From Thermoproteota archaeon (lineage in GTDB: Archaea > Korarchaeota > Korarchaeia > Korarchaeales > Korarchaeaceae), in contig JALSOH010000009.1 in NCBI GenBank assembly GCA_026986575.1, positions 64,001 through 128,000 on the forward strand: a stretch of DNA of 64,000 nt, written 5' to 3'. How positions within the stretch are numbered: the stretch's first letter is position 1; the number at the start of each line of letters is the position of its first letter. Below the pieces are notes generated by a model, which saw only the letters and a program-made list of their open reading frames with translations, ran no database searches and was not told the DNA's origin. This document shows, one piece after another, positions 50,026 to 58,912 of this stretch. A program made the position numbers and the translations under genes.

Positions 50026-50769
50026 GTGATGGGGGAGGAGATGTTGAGGACCGAGAACGTGAGGAAGCACTTCGGCAGCGTAAGAGCCGTTGACGGCGTC
50101 TCGATAGAGGTGATGAAGGGTGAGATCGTCAGCCTAGTTGGTCCTAACGGCGCAGGAAAGACGACCCTCCTGAACCTGATTTCAGGGCTGCTGAAGCCGG
50201 ACTCAGGCAAGGTGTACTTCCTAGGCGAGGATGTGACGGGAAAGAGGCCTAGTCAGCTGGTCAGAAAGGGAATGGCTAGGTGCTTCCAGATCAGCAACGT
50301 CTTTGAAAATCTGACTGTGTTAGAGAACCTTCTAGCTGCGGTACACTCTATAGAGGGTAGGATCTCTCCCGTGAGGAGGTACGATGAAGATGATGCTGTT
50401 GAGAGGGCAATGGCCGTTCTGAGGGAATTTAACCTGCATGAGAGGGCTCACCTAACCCCGAAGGAGCTGAGTCACGGGGACAGGAAGCTTCTGGATGTGG
50501 CCATAGCCTATGCCCTGAATCCCAAGATGATACTGCTGGACGAGCCCACTGCAGCGATGTCCGTGGGGGAGAAGAGGACCACCGTGGGGGTGATAAAGAA
50601 ATTAAGGGACCAGCTGGGGGTGACGGTTCTTCTAGTGGAGCACGACCTCGATGTGGTGTACGAGGTGAGCGACCGCATAATAGTGATGCATCAAGGCACG
50701 ATACTAGCTGAGGGTAGGCCCGATGAGGTTAGGGAGGATCCGAAGGTGAGGGAGGTGTATCTGGGATGA
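50026..50769 (+). CDS. livG: BCAA ABC ATPase
   Basis: GPNGAGKTT, LSHGD, LLDEP, VEHD, VREVYLG. Confidence 0.92.
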   Translation: MMGEEMLRTENVRKHFGSVRAVDGVSIEVMKGEIVSLVGPNGAGKTTLLNLISGLLKPDSGKVYFLGEDVTGKRPSQLVRKGMARCFQISNVFENLTVLENLLAAVHSIEGRISPVRRYDEDDAVERAMAVLREFNLHERAHLTPKELSHGDRKLLDVAIAYALNPKMILLDEPTAAMSVGEKRTTVGVIKKLRDQLGVTVLLVEHDLDVVYEVSDRIIVMHQGTILAEGRPDEVREDPKVREVYLG

Positions 50770-51464
50770 TAGCGAGACTAGAGGAGGTTTACGTGGACAG
50801 GGGAGGGGTTACCGTTCTCAGAGGGGTCACTCTACAGGTGGGAGAGGGCGAGGCCGTGGCTTTAATAGGGAGGAACGGGGCCGGGAAGACCACCACGATA
50901 AGGGCCCTGATGGGACTGAACAGGCCTCGAAGTGGGAAGGTATACTTCATGGACAGGGACATCACGGATGTTCCGGCACATGAGAGGGCGAGGATGGGCA
51001 TCGGATACGTGCCCGAGGGTAGGAGGGTACTACCTGACCTCACCGCCTTGGAGAACTTGGAGATAGCTTATGGGGGGAAAGTGCCGAAGGACACGCTGGA
51101 GTGGCTGTTCCAGTTCGTCCCTGACCTTAAGAGGTTCTTGAACAGGAAAGGATTGTACCTGAGCGGTGGAGAGCAGCAGATGCTAGCGGTGGCTAGGGGG
51201 CTGGTGAGGAGGCCCAAGCTCCTACTCTTGGACGAGCCTCTGGAGGGACTGGCCCCGAAGATAGCGGACAGCATAACTAGAACGCTGAAGCAGATCAGGG
51301 ATGAGGGCTTCAGCATGCTCATTTCGGAGTCCGGGATAGTTAAGAGATTGGAGGGACTCGCCACCAAGGCCTACGGGATCGATAGGGGGGAGATAGTTTA
51401 CGAGGGTGCGCTGGAGGGCATACTAGAGGATGAGGTTGCTAGAGCTAGGATATGGGGGGTGTGA
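50766..51464 (+). CDS. livF: BCAA ABC ATPase
   Basis: GRNGAGKTT, GYVPEGRR, LSGGEQQMLA, LDEPLEGLAP. Confidence 0.92.
   Translation: MIARLEEVYVDRGGVTVLRGVTLQVGEGEAVALIGRNGAGKTTTIRALMGLNRPRSGKVYFMDRDITDVPAHERARMGIGYVPEGRRVLPDLTALENLEIAYGGKVPKDTLEWLFQFVPDLKRFLNRKGLYLSGGEQQMLAVARGLVRRPKLLLLDEPLEGLAPKIADSITRTLKQIRDEGFSMLISESGIVKRLEGLATKAYGIDRGEIVYEGALEGILEDEVARARIWGV
51074..51131 (+). repeat. 58-bp direct repeat, copy 1 (inside livF)
   Basis: 57/58 identical to 54817-54874. Confidence 0.9.
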
Positions 51465-51886
51465 TTCAGAATAAGTGCCATCCGGAGAACCCTCCCACAC
51501 CGCTTCCTACTGGACTGCCCAACGCAGCGCGGTTCTCTCAAGTTGAATTTAACACTTGCGGAGGGAAACGAGGCCCCATTAGTTCGTTCTGAGGATGGTG
51601 ACTGACGAGACCCGCGATGGGCTTCGAGAGGACCTGTAGCGCTCATGCGCGCGCATCCGAACTAATGGTTTTATGGGCTCACCGACTAACGACAAGGTGT
51701 CCTCAGATCTGAAATCATCTCATCCAAACGTCACCAAACTAGTTCCCCTACCCTGCTGGACCGATTACCTCGCTTGGGGGCTCTGAACTGAATATCTAAG
51801 ATTCCCATGAGGCTTTCATAGGACCATGATCCAAAGACAGGCCTAGGCGATCTGATACTTTAAATTCTTGTCCTTATGGGTGAGAT

Positions 51887-52582
51887 ATGGTTTCCCTCTC
51901 CGATGCTCTCCTCTGGATCGTAGTTATAATCCTAGTATGGCAGCTCCCCAACAGGTTGCTGTCCAAGTTCGTAAGGAGGAGGGTTCAGGTAATGGACCCT
52001 CCGATATTCGGTCGGATACTGAACAGTTCCTTCCGGAAGTCTTTGCAACCACCTGAGAAGGTCCTGAGGAGGAGTGGGGTAAGGAGAGGGGAGACGGTCA
52101 TTGACCTGGGTTGCGGCAGTGGAGCACTCACGCTACCGCTGGCCGAGGCCGTGGGCCCGACAGGCCTCGTCCTAGCAATAGATATAAATGAATCCCTCCT
52201 TAGACAGCTTCTAGATGAATTATCGGGTCGATCGGACCTCAGCACTCGAGTAGAGGTGATACAAGCCTCGGCTCACGATCTGCCCCTCAGGGACTCCTCA
52301 GCAGATCGCTGTATAATGGTCTCCTCGCTGCAGGAAATCCCTGATAGATCGAGGGCACTGAAGGAGGTGGCGAGGATCCTTAGGGAAGGAGGAACCTTGG
52401 CAGTCACCGAGTTCTTCGTTGATCCGGACTTTCCTTTACTCTCAACCACAGTCAGGTTAGTTGAAGGGGCAGGATTCCGGGTGGAGGCCAAGGAAGGCAG
52501 CCCTTGGAGTTATACGGTTAGGTGCATCAAAACCTCCGTTGACTCGCGGGGTATCAACACACGGGAGCTACCGGGGAAATGA
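51887..52582 (+). CDS. Class I SAM-dependent methyltransferase
   Basis: VIDLGCGSG, AIDIN, LPLRDSSAD, ALKEVARILREGG. Confidence 0.92.
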   Translation: MVSLSDALLWIVVIILVWQLPNRLLSKFVRRRVQVMDPPIFGRILNSSFRKSLQPPEKVLRRSGVRRGETVIDLGCGSGALTLPLAEAVGPTGLVLAIDINESLLRQLLDELSGRSDLSTRVEVIQASAHDLPLRDSSADRCIMVSSLQEIPDRSRALKEVARILREGGTLAVTEFFVDPDFPLLSTTVRLVEGAGFRVEAKEGSPWSYTVRCIKTSVDSRGINTRELPGK

Positions 52583-52963
52583 TTGCCTGGCGACCTCGAT
52601 CCCCTTCGATGGGATGGGGGAATACTGGGAATGCGTGGGGGGATTCCAAGATACTACCCAAGCTCCTGAGGAAGTATCTCCCCAAGCCCTTGAACGATCT
52701 CCCGATACTCACTCCACCTTACTCAAGCATGTCAACCAGTTTACGTGTCGAAACCCAGCTGATCGTGCTTGCATCAGGAGGGGCGATCAATCGTGTCTCA
52801 AGAAAGTCCTTACGATTTAAGCTAAGGAACGATATCGATGAACCTTGAGTTCCTACTAACCAACCCGATGCCCCCGAGGAGGTAGGTGGTTCCCTCTCGC
52901 GATTTAACACCACATTAATACAGGGTATTAAGTTTAAAAATGTATTACATTGCAGTATTACAT

Positions 52964-53191
52964 ATGGGAACTGCGGTCCTGACGGTCAGGGTTCCGGAGA
53001 TGCTCAAGGAGGAGGTTAAGAGGTACAAGATTAACGTGAGCGAGGTTATCAGGAGGGCCTTGGAGGAGGAAATCAGGAGGAAGAAGCTTGAGGAGTTGAG
53101 AAGGAAGCTTACAGAGGTATCGGAGTTCTTGAGGGCGATACCAAGGGAGGAGTGGGTGAGACTCATAAGAGAGGGCAGGGAGGAGCATTGA
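52964..53191 (+). CDS. RHH/CcdA-like antitoxin
   Basis: TAVLTVRVP...INVSEVIRRALEEE...LIREGRE. Confidence 0.87.
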   Translation: MGTAVLTVRVPEMLKEEVKRYKINVSEVIRRALEEEIRRKKLEELRRKLTEVSEFLRAIPREEWVRLIREGREEH

Positions 53192-53613
53192 GAGTACTGC
53201 TGGATGCCACGGCGATAGTCGCCATTCTGCTGAGTCCTCCTTCGAAACCTGAAGGCTTAAACGAGCTGTCCACCTTAGATCTGGCCTTTTATGAGGTGGG
53301 AAATGCCATATGGAAGGCCGTGAGACTTGGTAAATCCTTGGATGAGGGGAAGGAGATCAAGGCCATTGGGATATTGGAGGAGCTCATGGAGAATCTTAGG
53401 GTGATCCCTTTCAGGGAGATTCGTGCTAGCAGGATAGTGGAGGTGGGGATTAAGAGGGGCCTCACCTTCTACGACTCCTCCTACTTGGTGACGGCCCTCG
53501 ATAGGGGAATGACGCTGGTCACGGACGATAGGAAGCTTTCGGCGGCGTCTATGGAGGAGGGCGTTAAGGTAATCGGCTCTGATCGGCTGCTGGCCCTGCT
53601 CAACTCCTCGTAG
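53188..53613 (+). CDS. vapC: PIN-domain toxin (VapC)
   Basis: TTG start overlapping the antitoxin stop; LLDATA...YEVGNA...LTFYDSSY...LVTDD. Confidence 0.92.
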   Translation: MRVLLDATAIVAILLSPPSKPEGLNELSTLDLAFYEVGNAIWKAVRLGKSLDEGKEIKAIGILEELMENLRVIPFREIRASRIVEVGIKRGLTFYDSSYLVTALDRGMTLVTDDRKLSAASMEEGVKVIGSDRLLALLNSS

Positions 53614-53959
53614 CCCTTGTGGCATGATCTAGAAGGGAGTTAAGATACCTCTCGAAAGGTTTTCCCCACCGAGGGAGGCATCAATTGAATCGCTCATTGA
53701 GCTCGCAGATAAAGGCTCGAAACTTCTAATCGAGGAGGCTACCTGCCCAAACATGTCAATCTAGCTGGATTTCCCTATTTGAGACCTGAACCAATTAAGG
53801 CCTCGCTACGGGCCAATTCCCCCTCCAAACGACTTCGAAGGAGTGAGCGAATGCAGTTAGTTAGCACAAGTGCTAAGGTCAATCGAAATGATGAGCCGTA
53901 GACCAACTAACTAACCCGATCCCCCAGATTGGGAAGGCGGTTCCTTCGTGGGAATGAGA

Positions 53960-54620
53960 CTATTGATCCGTTCGGCCGAGGTTGTCTATTATAAAATTCA
54001 TGAGCTCCTCGGCCGTCCTCACAATATCTCTGGCCTCTTCCTCTGTGAAGAGCACTCCCCTGTGATCCGCATACTTCCTCAGGTTGAACAGGTTGAGAAA
54101 CTCTAATCTCACCTGCTTGGCTCTCTCCTCCCCAACAACCTCTCTGAGGCTTCTATAGACGGCATTAGCGATCTTATCGTCCTTACTCGTCCTCAGGGAA
54201 AGGAAATGCTCAGCGGTGAGCCTCACGGAGAAGTAAGCAGCCGACACCGCCTTATTGTAGGATCCCGTGCCTGAGATCCTCCTTGGCCTCGGAGATGAGG
54301 ACTCCAGCCTTCTCTAACTTCGATATCCTCTCCTCCTTCCGAGATGAATGCCTCGACGGCATCCCTCTCCCACTTCCCCGCCACCAGCGGATTTATCCTC
54401 TCATCTACCTCCAGGGCGATCTCCAGCACCCTCCTCACGTCGTCCCTATCGAACCCATCCAGGACCACGAGCACGTTGGAATCGTAGACTGATAGATTAG
54501 GGGGGGTAAAGCTATTATCCTTATGAGCCTCCTTCCGAAGGCCTCCCTCAGCCTCCGGGCGAACTCCATCAGCGACTCCGACCAGCTGGGCAGCTCCATC
54601 TCTATGACTATCGGTAGCAC
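53960..54620 (-). pseudogene. Frameshifted MNT-like + HEPN pair
   Basis: MNT-like RIIALPP/NLSVYDSNVLVVL is split at a C7 run (54500-54506). HEPN KLEKAGVLISEAKEDLRHG/SYNKAVSAAYF...RKYADH is split near 54265. Confidence 0.75.
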
Positions 54621-54816
54621 AATCGGGAATGCTCCCAGGGGGAGATAAACTTTTCGCCGAATATCGTACGCTAGGTCCCTGAGAGGCCTTTTGGCTCAAC
54701 AACTATCTCTCCCGAGGCCCATGCGTGAGATGCGGGGACGTTCGAAAGGATCAGATGCATCGTCAACTAAGGGGTACATGCTCATTAGGGGAGCAGTGGA
54801 TAGCTATGGAGAGGTA

Positions 54817-54874
54817 GGGGAAAGTGCCGAAGGACACGCTGGAGTGGCTGTTCCAGTTCGTTCCTGACCTTAAG
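54817..54874 (+). repeat. 58-bp direct repeat, copy 2 (orphan livF fragment)
   Basis: GGGGAAAGTGCCGAAGGACACGCTGGAGTGGCTGTTCCAGTTCGT(T/C)CCTGACCTTAAG. Confidence 0.9.
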
Positions 54875-55015
54875 GGATCCCGGACATAAAAGGAGCCCTG
54901 AGCGCGTGGGGGAACCAATAAATCACCCTTTAGGTCGGCTTGGGTAATCGCTACCCCTCGGTTACTGCGACGCTGCAACTCTGTTAAGCCGTCAAGTCAA
55001 TCTGGCTTAAGTGAG

Positions 55016-55672
55016 CTAGTCCTCGACTACGGGCCTTATCTCAACCCCCAGCCTGTTAGCGGTCTCCCAGGAGCTGCGATCCACGAAACCACCTATGATG
55101 AGTAGCTTGGGCTTCATCCCATACTTCCTCTCGTAGAGTAAGCCTATCCTGTACAACTCCGCCACATCCCCCCTCGACACCCTAGACTTGACCTCCACCA
55201 GGATGTGGGTGTCGTCCCTTATGACCACGTCCACCTCCACGTCCGAGGGGTGGCCGTAAACCAGGCCCTCATCGTCCCTCAGGACCAGCCTCGAGACCTC
55301 GGCGACTCCCAGCACTTCCTCCACCACGTACTTCATTCCCTCCCTGAAGGAGGACTCGGATATAACGCCGAACCTGTGGGCTATTACCGTCAGGACCCTC
55401 CTGGTATCCCTCATCTCCTCCTCCAGCCTGGTCTGCCTCTCCTCCAGCCTCGCAAATTTTTCCTCTAGCTTGACGAATCTCTCTTCTAGTGTAGCGAATC
55501 TCTCCTCCAGCCTGGTCTGCCTCTCCTCCAGCCTCGCAAATTTTTCCTCCAGCGACGTTATCCTATCCAGTATTTCCCTGTAACCAAGCAACCCAGCTAC
55601 AGCGTAGCGGAACTCTTGATCCTCCTCCAAAGCCTTGATTAACTTCCTCTTCTCCTCGGCCGAGAGCGACAT
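55016..55672 (-). CDS. Coiled-coil + PD-(D/E)XK nuclease-fold protein (paralog of 45965..46651)
   Basis: EFRYAVAGLLG, heptads, AHRFGVISESSFREGM, EVDVVI...LVEVKS. Confidence 0.85.
   Translation of the reverse strand: MSLSAEEKRKLIKALEEDQEFRYAVAGLLGYREILDRITSLEEKFARLEERQTRLEERFATLEERFVKLEEKFARLEERQTRLEEEMRDTRRVLTVIAHRFGVISESSFREGMKYVVEEVLGVAEVSRLVLRDDEGLVYGHPSDVEVDVVIRDDTHILVEVKSRVSRGDVAELYRIGLLYERKYGMKPKLLIIGGFVDRSSWETANRLGVEIRPVVED
55418..55549. repeat. Perfect 48-bp direct repeat (period 84 bp = 4 heptads)
   Basis: CTCCTCCAGCCTGGTCTGCCTCTCCTCCAGCCTCGCAAATTTTTCCTC at 55418-55465 and 55502-55549. Confidence 0.9.
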
Positions 55673-56150
55673 CTCTAGTGATGACTCGCTTCCTCCTACT
55701 TAAAGTGTTCTGCTCGGGGGGCTGGAGGATGAGAGATTTCAAGACAATACTCCACGTAAAGTTGAGATCCGTACTCGTGCTGAGCGAGGAGGAAAAGTAA
55801 GCGGCGTTAGCCAAACCCCCACTTACCCTCTCGATTTCGGGGAGTATTAAAAAGAGAGTTACTCTTCACTTTTCACGCGTTTTTAAGCTTTGATCACAAC
55901 ACTCGTGTGCTCTACGCGAGAATGGCTGTTTGCATAGATCTTCTACAATCTCAACCCGGTTTCTAGCCTGTGGAATTCGAGGTAAAGGAATACGCCTCTC
56001 CTAGGATAAGTGCGATGAGATCATTCGAAGCATAAACCATCGCATTAGACTCTCGATCATGTAAAGTATCTGTATTTGTAGGAGAGACGCGAGGACTAAT
56101 TGACCCACGGCCTCGTAAAGTTTATTTGAACAAATATCCAGACGAGAAAG

Positions 56151-57035
56151 ATGCGAGGTCTACTTCTAATTGTGATTATACTAACCCTGCCCTTGACCTT
56201 GGTAGGTGCTTCTCCTACCGTGAACTTCCTGTCCTATCACGACGGCTTCATCGCAGCCGAGGTGGAGGAAAGAGGGCTCAGATGGGTCAACGTGTACACG
56301 GAGGACATGCATCTTGTGTGGTCCTCAGCGAAGGCGAGGTTTGTGGAGTTCAACTGGTCATCGTCGGGAGCCATAGCAGTCAGGCTGTGCGACGGTCCCT
56401 GCTACAATGTCAACTGGCAGCGCGTCCAAGTGTATGACCCCGCAACAGGCCGCTCTTGGAACTCCAGCGAGGCCAGATTTGTCAGGTTCCAGTGGTCTAG
56501 TAATGGAAAGCTCGCTGTAGTGCTCTGGCTGACCCCCTGCCCGGATTACAGCAAGCATTGGATGGAACTGTACGATCCCTCCTCGGGCCAGAGCTGGAGG
56601 ACCGAGTACAGGGGATTCATCTACGCTCAGTGGTCCCCTTCGGGGGAGATAGCCGCTGTGGTGAGGGACGAAAGGGGATACCACTTGGAGGTCCTCGACG
56701 ACCACCTTAAATTGAAGTGGTCCAGCCCGCCAGCTAGGGTCGTGGATTTCGAGTGGTCAAAGGATGGTAAGCTATTGGTGAGGCTGGAGTTCAATGGTAC
56801 CAAGGTCCTCCTTCTCAGGAACGGTGATTCAGTTGAGGAACTCGCGAGGGGAAGGGAGATACATTACGCTTGGTCTGATGACGGGAACCTCGTATACAGC
56901 GTGGGAGGGAAGATAAGGTCGGTGAGGTTCTCCCGACTACCCGGCTGGATAGTTATGCTCCTAGCGGGCGCCGCCCTGATGATCTTGGCCAAGGTGGTGA
57001 GGAGGTCATCGGAGGGAGCACAGGAAAACAAGTGA
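56151..57035 (+). CDS. Secreted, membrane-anchored beta-propeller-like (TolB/PD40-like) protein
   Basis: Signal peptide; five WS(S/P/K/D)xG repeats of about 45 aa; C-terminal TM + KVVRR. Confidence 0.75.
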   Translation: MRGLLLIVIILTLPLTLVGASPTVNFLSYHDGFIAAEVEERGLRWVNVYTEDMHLVWSSAKARFVEFNWSSSGAIAVRLCDGPCYNVNWQRVQVYDPATGRSWNSSEARFVRFQWSSNGKLAVVLWLTPCPDYSKHWMELYDPSSGQSWRTEYRGFIYAQWSPSGEIAAVVRDERGYHLEVLDDHLKLKWSSPPARVVDFEWSKDGKLLVRLEFNGTKVLLLRNGDSVEELARGREIHYAWSDDGNLVYSVGGKIRSVRFSRLPGWIVMLLAGAALMILAKVVRRSSEGAQENK

Positions 57036-58538
57036 AGAGGGCTCCCTCAACTTCCTGACGAGGTCCACCACGTAAAGGAACTCCACGCCCCTGTCAAGGG
57101 AGTGTACAAGGTACACAAGAGGAAGAGACAGTCCAGCCGAGGAAATAATCCTCTCTCTCATCCCCATAACCTTTGAGGGATCTCTCAGCACCTCCCTCAT
57201 CCCATCTATGAGGTCATCAGCCACCCCACTCCTCTCCAGCAGATCCGCAAGTAGCGAAATTCCTTCCTCCCTAGACAGCCTCCATAGCTCGTCGTACCTC
57301 ATTCCCGTGGAGTTGCGAAAGCCCAAGTTATCCTTGCAAATATCCAATAGTGGGCCTAGGTGGGCGCATATCGTAGTGAGCTGAGTAAGGGCCCCATTCT
57401 CCAAGAGGAAATCGCTTATCAGTTCCAGCCACTCCCAACTCATATCCACAAGCCGAAGCTTTTTACCCGTGAGCCTGTCCACGATCTCGAACTCCTCTAT
57501 TGAGGGGACGATCCCCATTTCCAGAACCCTCTCCTTAGCGTATGATGTAGCGGCGATCATCAGAGCGACCAGGGGATCCTCCAGCTCCGTCCCGAAGGAG
57601 CGGTAAACGTACCTCACCGTCCAGACCTCGTACCTAAGCAATTCAACGTTCATCTCCAAGTCCAATGGATCCCTGATGTGGGGGATCTCCATCCTCATCA
57701 GTTCCAGGAGCGAGAGATGTGCTAGGGGCAGTATCGGGAGCTTGAGACCGCAGACCACTCCTACCATGGAGAGTAACCCTTCTGCAGCCCTCTCCCCCAT
57801 TTCGGTCCTCCTCAACCTGTCCACAAGATCTGGCAGTGCGTGGATGGGTTCTCCCAGACATCCCTTCAAGAGAGCAGCGAGGAGATTCACCACGGTCAGG
57901 AGCTCCTCCGCTCCCCTGACCACCTTCCTTCCATTTGTCTCTGGCCTGCCTAGTGTAGGGGAACCCTCCCAGTAGACATACCTCTTGGATACCTCTGGAT
58001 AGAAGGCGCTAACTAGTTCGGAGGCAGCGTAAACCGGGGCGTGATAAATTCCACCACCACTTAGATCCACTAGGAGGAGCTTCTCGGATGGCATGTCCCT
58101 CAGTTCGTCCTCCAAGAACAGCATGATCCTGAGGGTCATCCAGAGCAGATCTCCTTGGAACTCCACGGCCTCACCGTCGATCTCCCACCTGCCAGTGCAC
58201 TCCAAGGGAACCACTCGAGTTTCGGCCATCAGCGACCGACCGTACTCCTCCTTGAATATCCTATCTATTGGTTCTCCGTTCAATCTGCTCATCCTCAGCA
58301 CGTTCCTGATCTCATCCCTGACCCTCTCCACCAAGCCATCGAGATCCCTGAGCTCCCTCAATCTTGCGGTGCAGTGGGGAACGAACACTAGGACCTTGAC
58401 CCTAGGAGAGCCGAGGAGGTCTACCACGTCAGCCACGAAGGGAATTGAGGTCTCAACTATCCCCCGGACCGTTTGGAACCTTGACCACTTTTGCCCTCCC
58501 CTGTACACGTATACTACTAAAGAGGAGTTTTCCATCAT
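57006..58538 (-). CDS. Degenerate Csx1-like (CARF/DxTHG + HEPN) protein
   Basis: N-terminal KVLVFVP and RVVPLECTG..F.G pattern, LLVDLSGGGIY (cf. DxTHGxN), C-terminal RIISSAGL (cf. RNFxAHAGL). Confidence 0.55.
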   Translation of the reverse strand: MMENSSLVVYVYRGGQKWSRFQTVRGIVETSIPFVADVVDLLGSPRVKVLVFVPHCTARLRELRDLDGLVERVRDEIRNVLRMSRLNGEPIDRIFKEEYGRSLMAETRVVPLECTGRWEIDGEAVEFQGDLLWMTLRIMLFLEDELRDMPSEKLLLVDLSGGGIYHAPVYAASELVSAFYPEVSKRYVYWEGSPTLGRPETNGRKVVRGAEELLTVVNLLAALLKGCLGEPIHALPDLVDRLRRTEMGERAAEGLLSMVGVVCGLKLPILPLAHLSLLELMRMEIPHIRDPLDLEMNVELLRYEVWTVRYVYRSFGTELEDPLVALMIAATSYAKERVLEMGIVPSIEEFEIVDRLTGKKLRLVDMSWEWLELISDFLLENGALTQLTTICAHLGPLLDICKDNLGFRNSTGMRYDELWRLSREEGISLLADLLERSGVADDLIDGMREVLRDPSKVMGMRERIISSAGLSLPLVYLVHSLDRGVEFLYVVDLVRKLREPSSLVFLCSLR

Positions 58539-58912
58539 ACTTGGTCAGGGTGGATAACTAATAAACTTGGATGCCTTTCGCGCAAATAACAAAAATGACA
58601 GGTGCAGCTTCACTCAATCGGTTTTTCTTTTTACACATAAATTTTTTACGCGCATGCGCCTGAACCGAGGCGACTATTAAAATGCAATTCGTTTTCTATA
58701 TACAGCCAGAATACATAAGAAGGTATCTCTAAAGCGTTTAGTTCATGCAAATGTATTCCTAGGATCGGGCAGCTTAGAAAGATTGGATGAGCTCTAGGAC
58801 GTGCGTCTAGTACCTATCTGCGAAACGGCATGCACAACCAACGGGACCTTTGGGTAATGGTGCCTACGAGTCAACGATTTTAAGAAATGGTATCCGGAGG
58901 CAGGGAAGACCA

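Noticed and set aside
52579-52848. 89-aa ORF after the methyltransferase
   Set aside because: Atypical composition and no recognisable family; probably non-coding or a remnant.
53856-53915. Inverted repeats and ATGATGA as a tRNA or C/D RNA
   Set aside because: No cloverleaf or T-loop and no convincing D box at the right distance.
51074-54874. Annotating the segment as a mobile element
   Set aside because: No integrase or transposase; kept only as a repeat-bounded observation.
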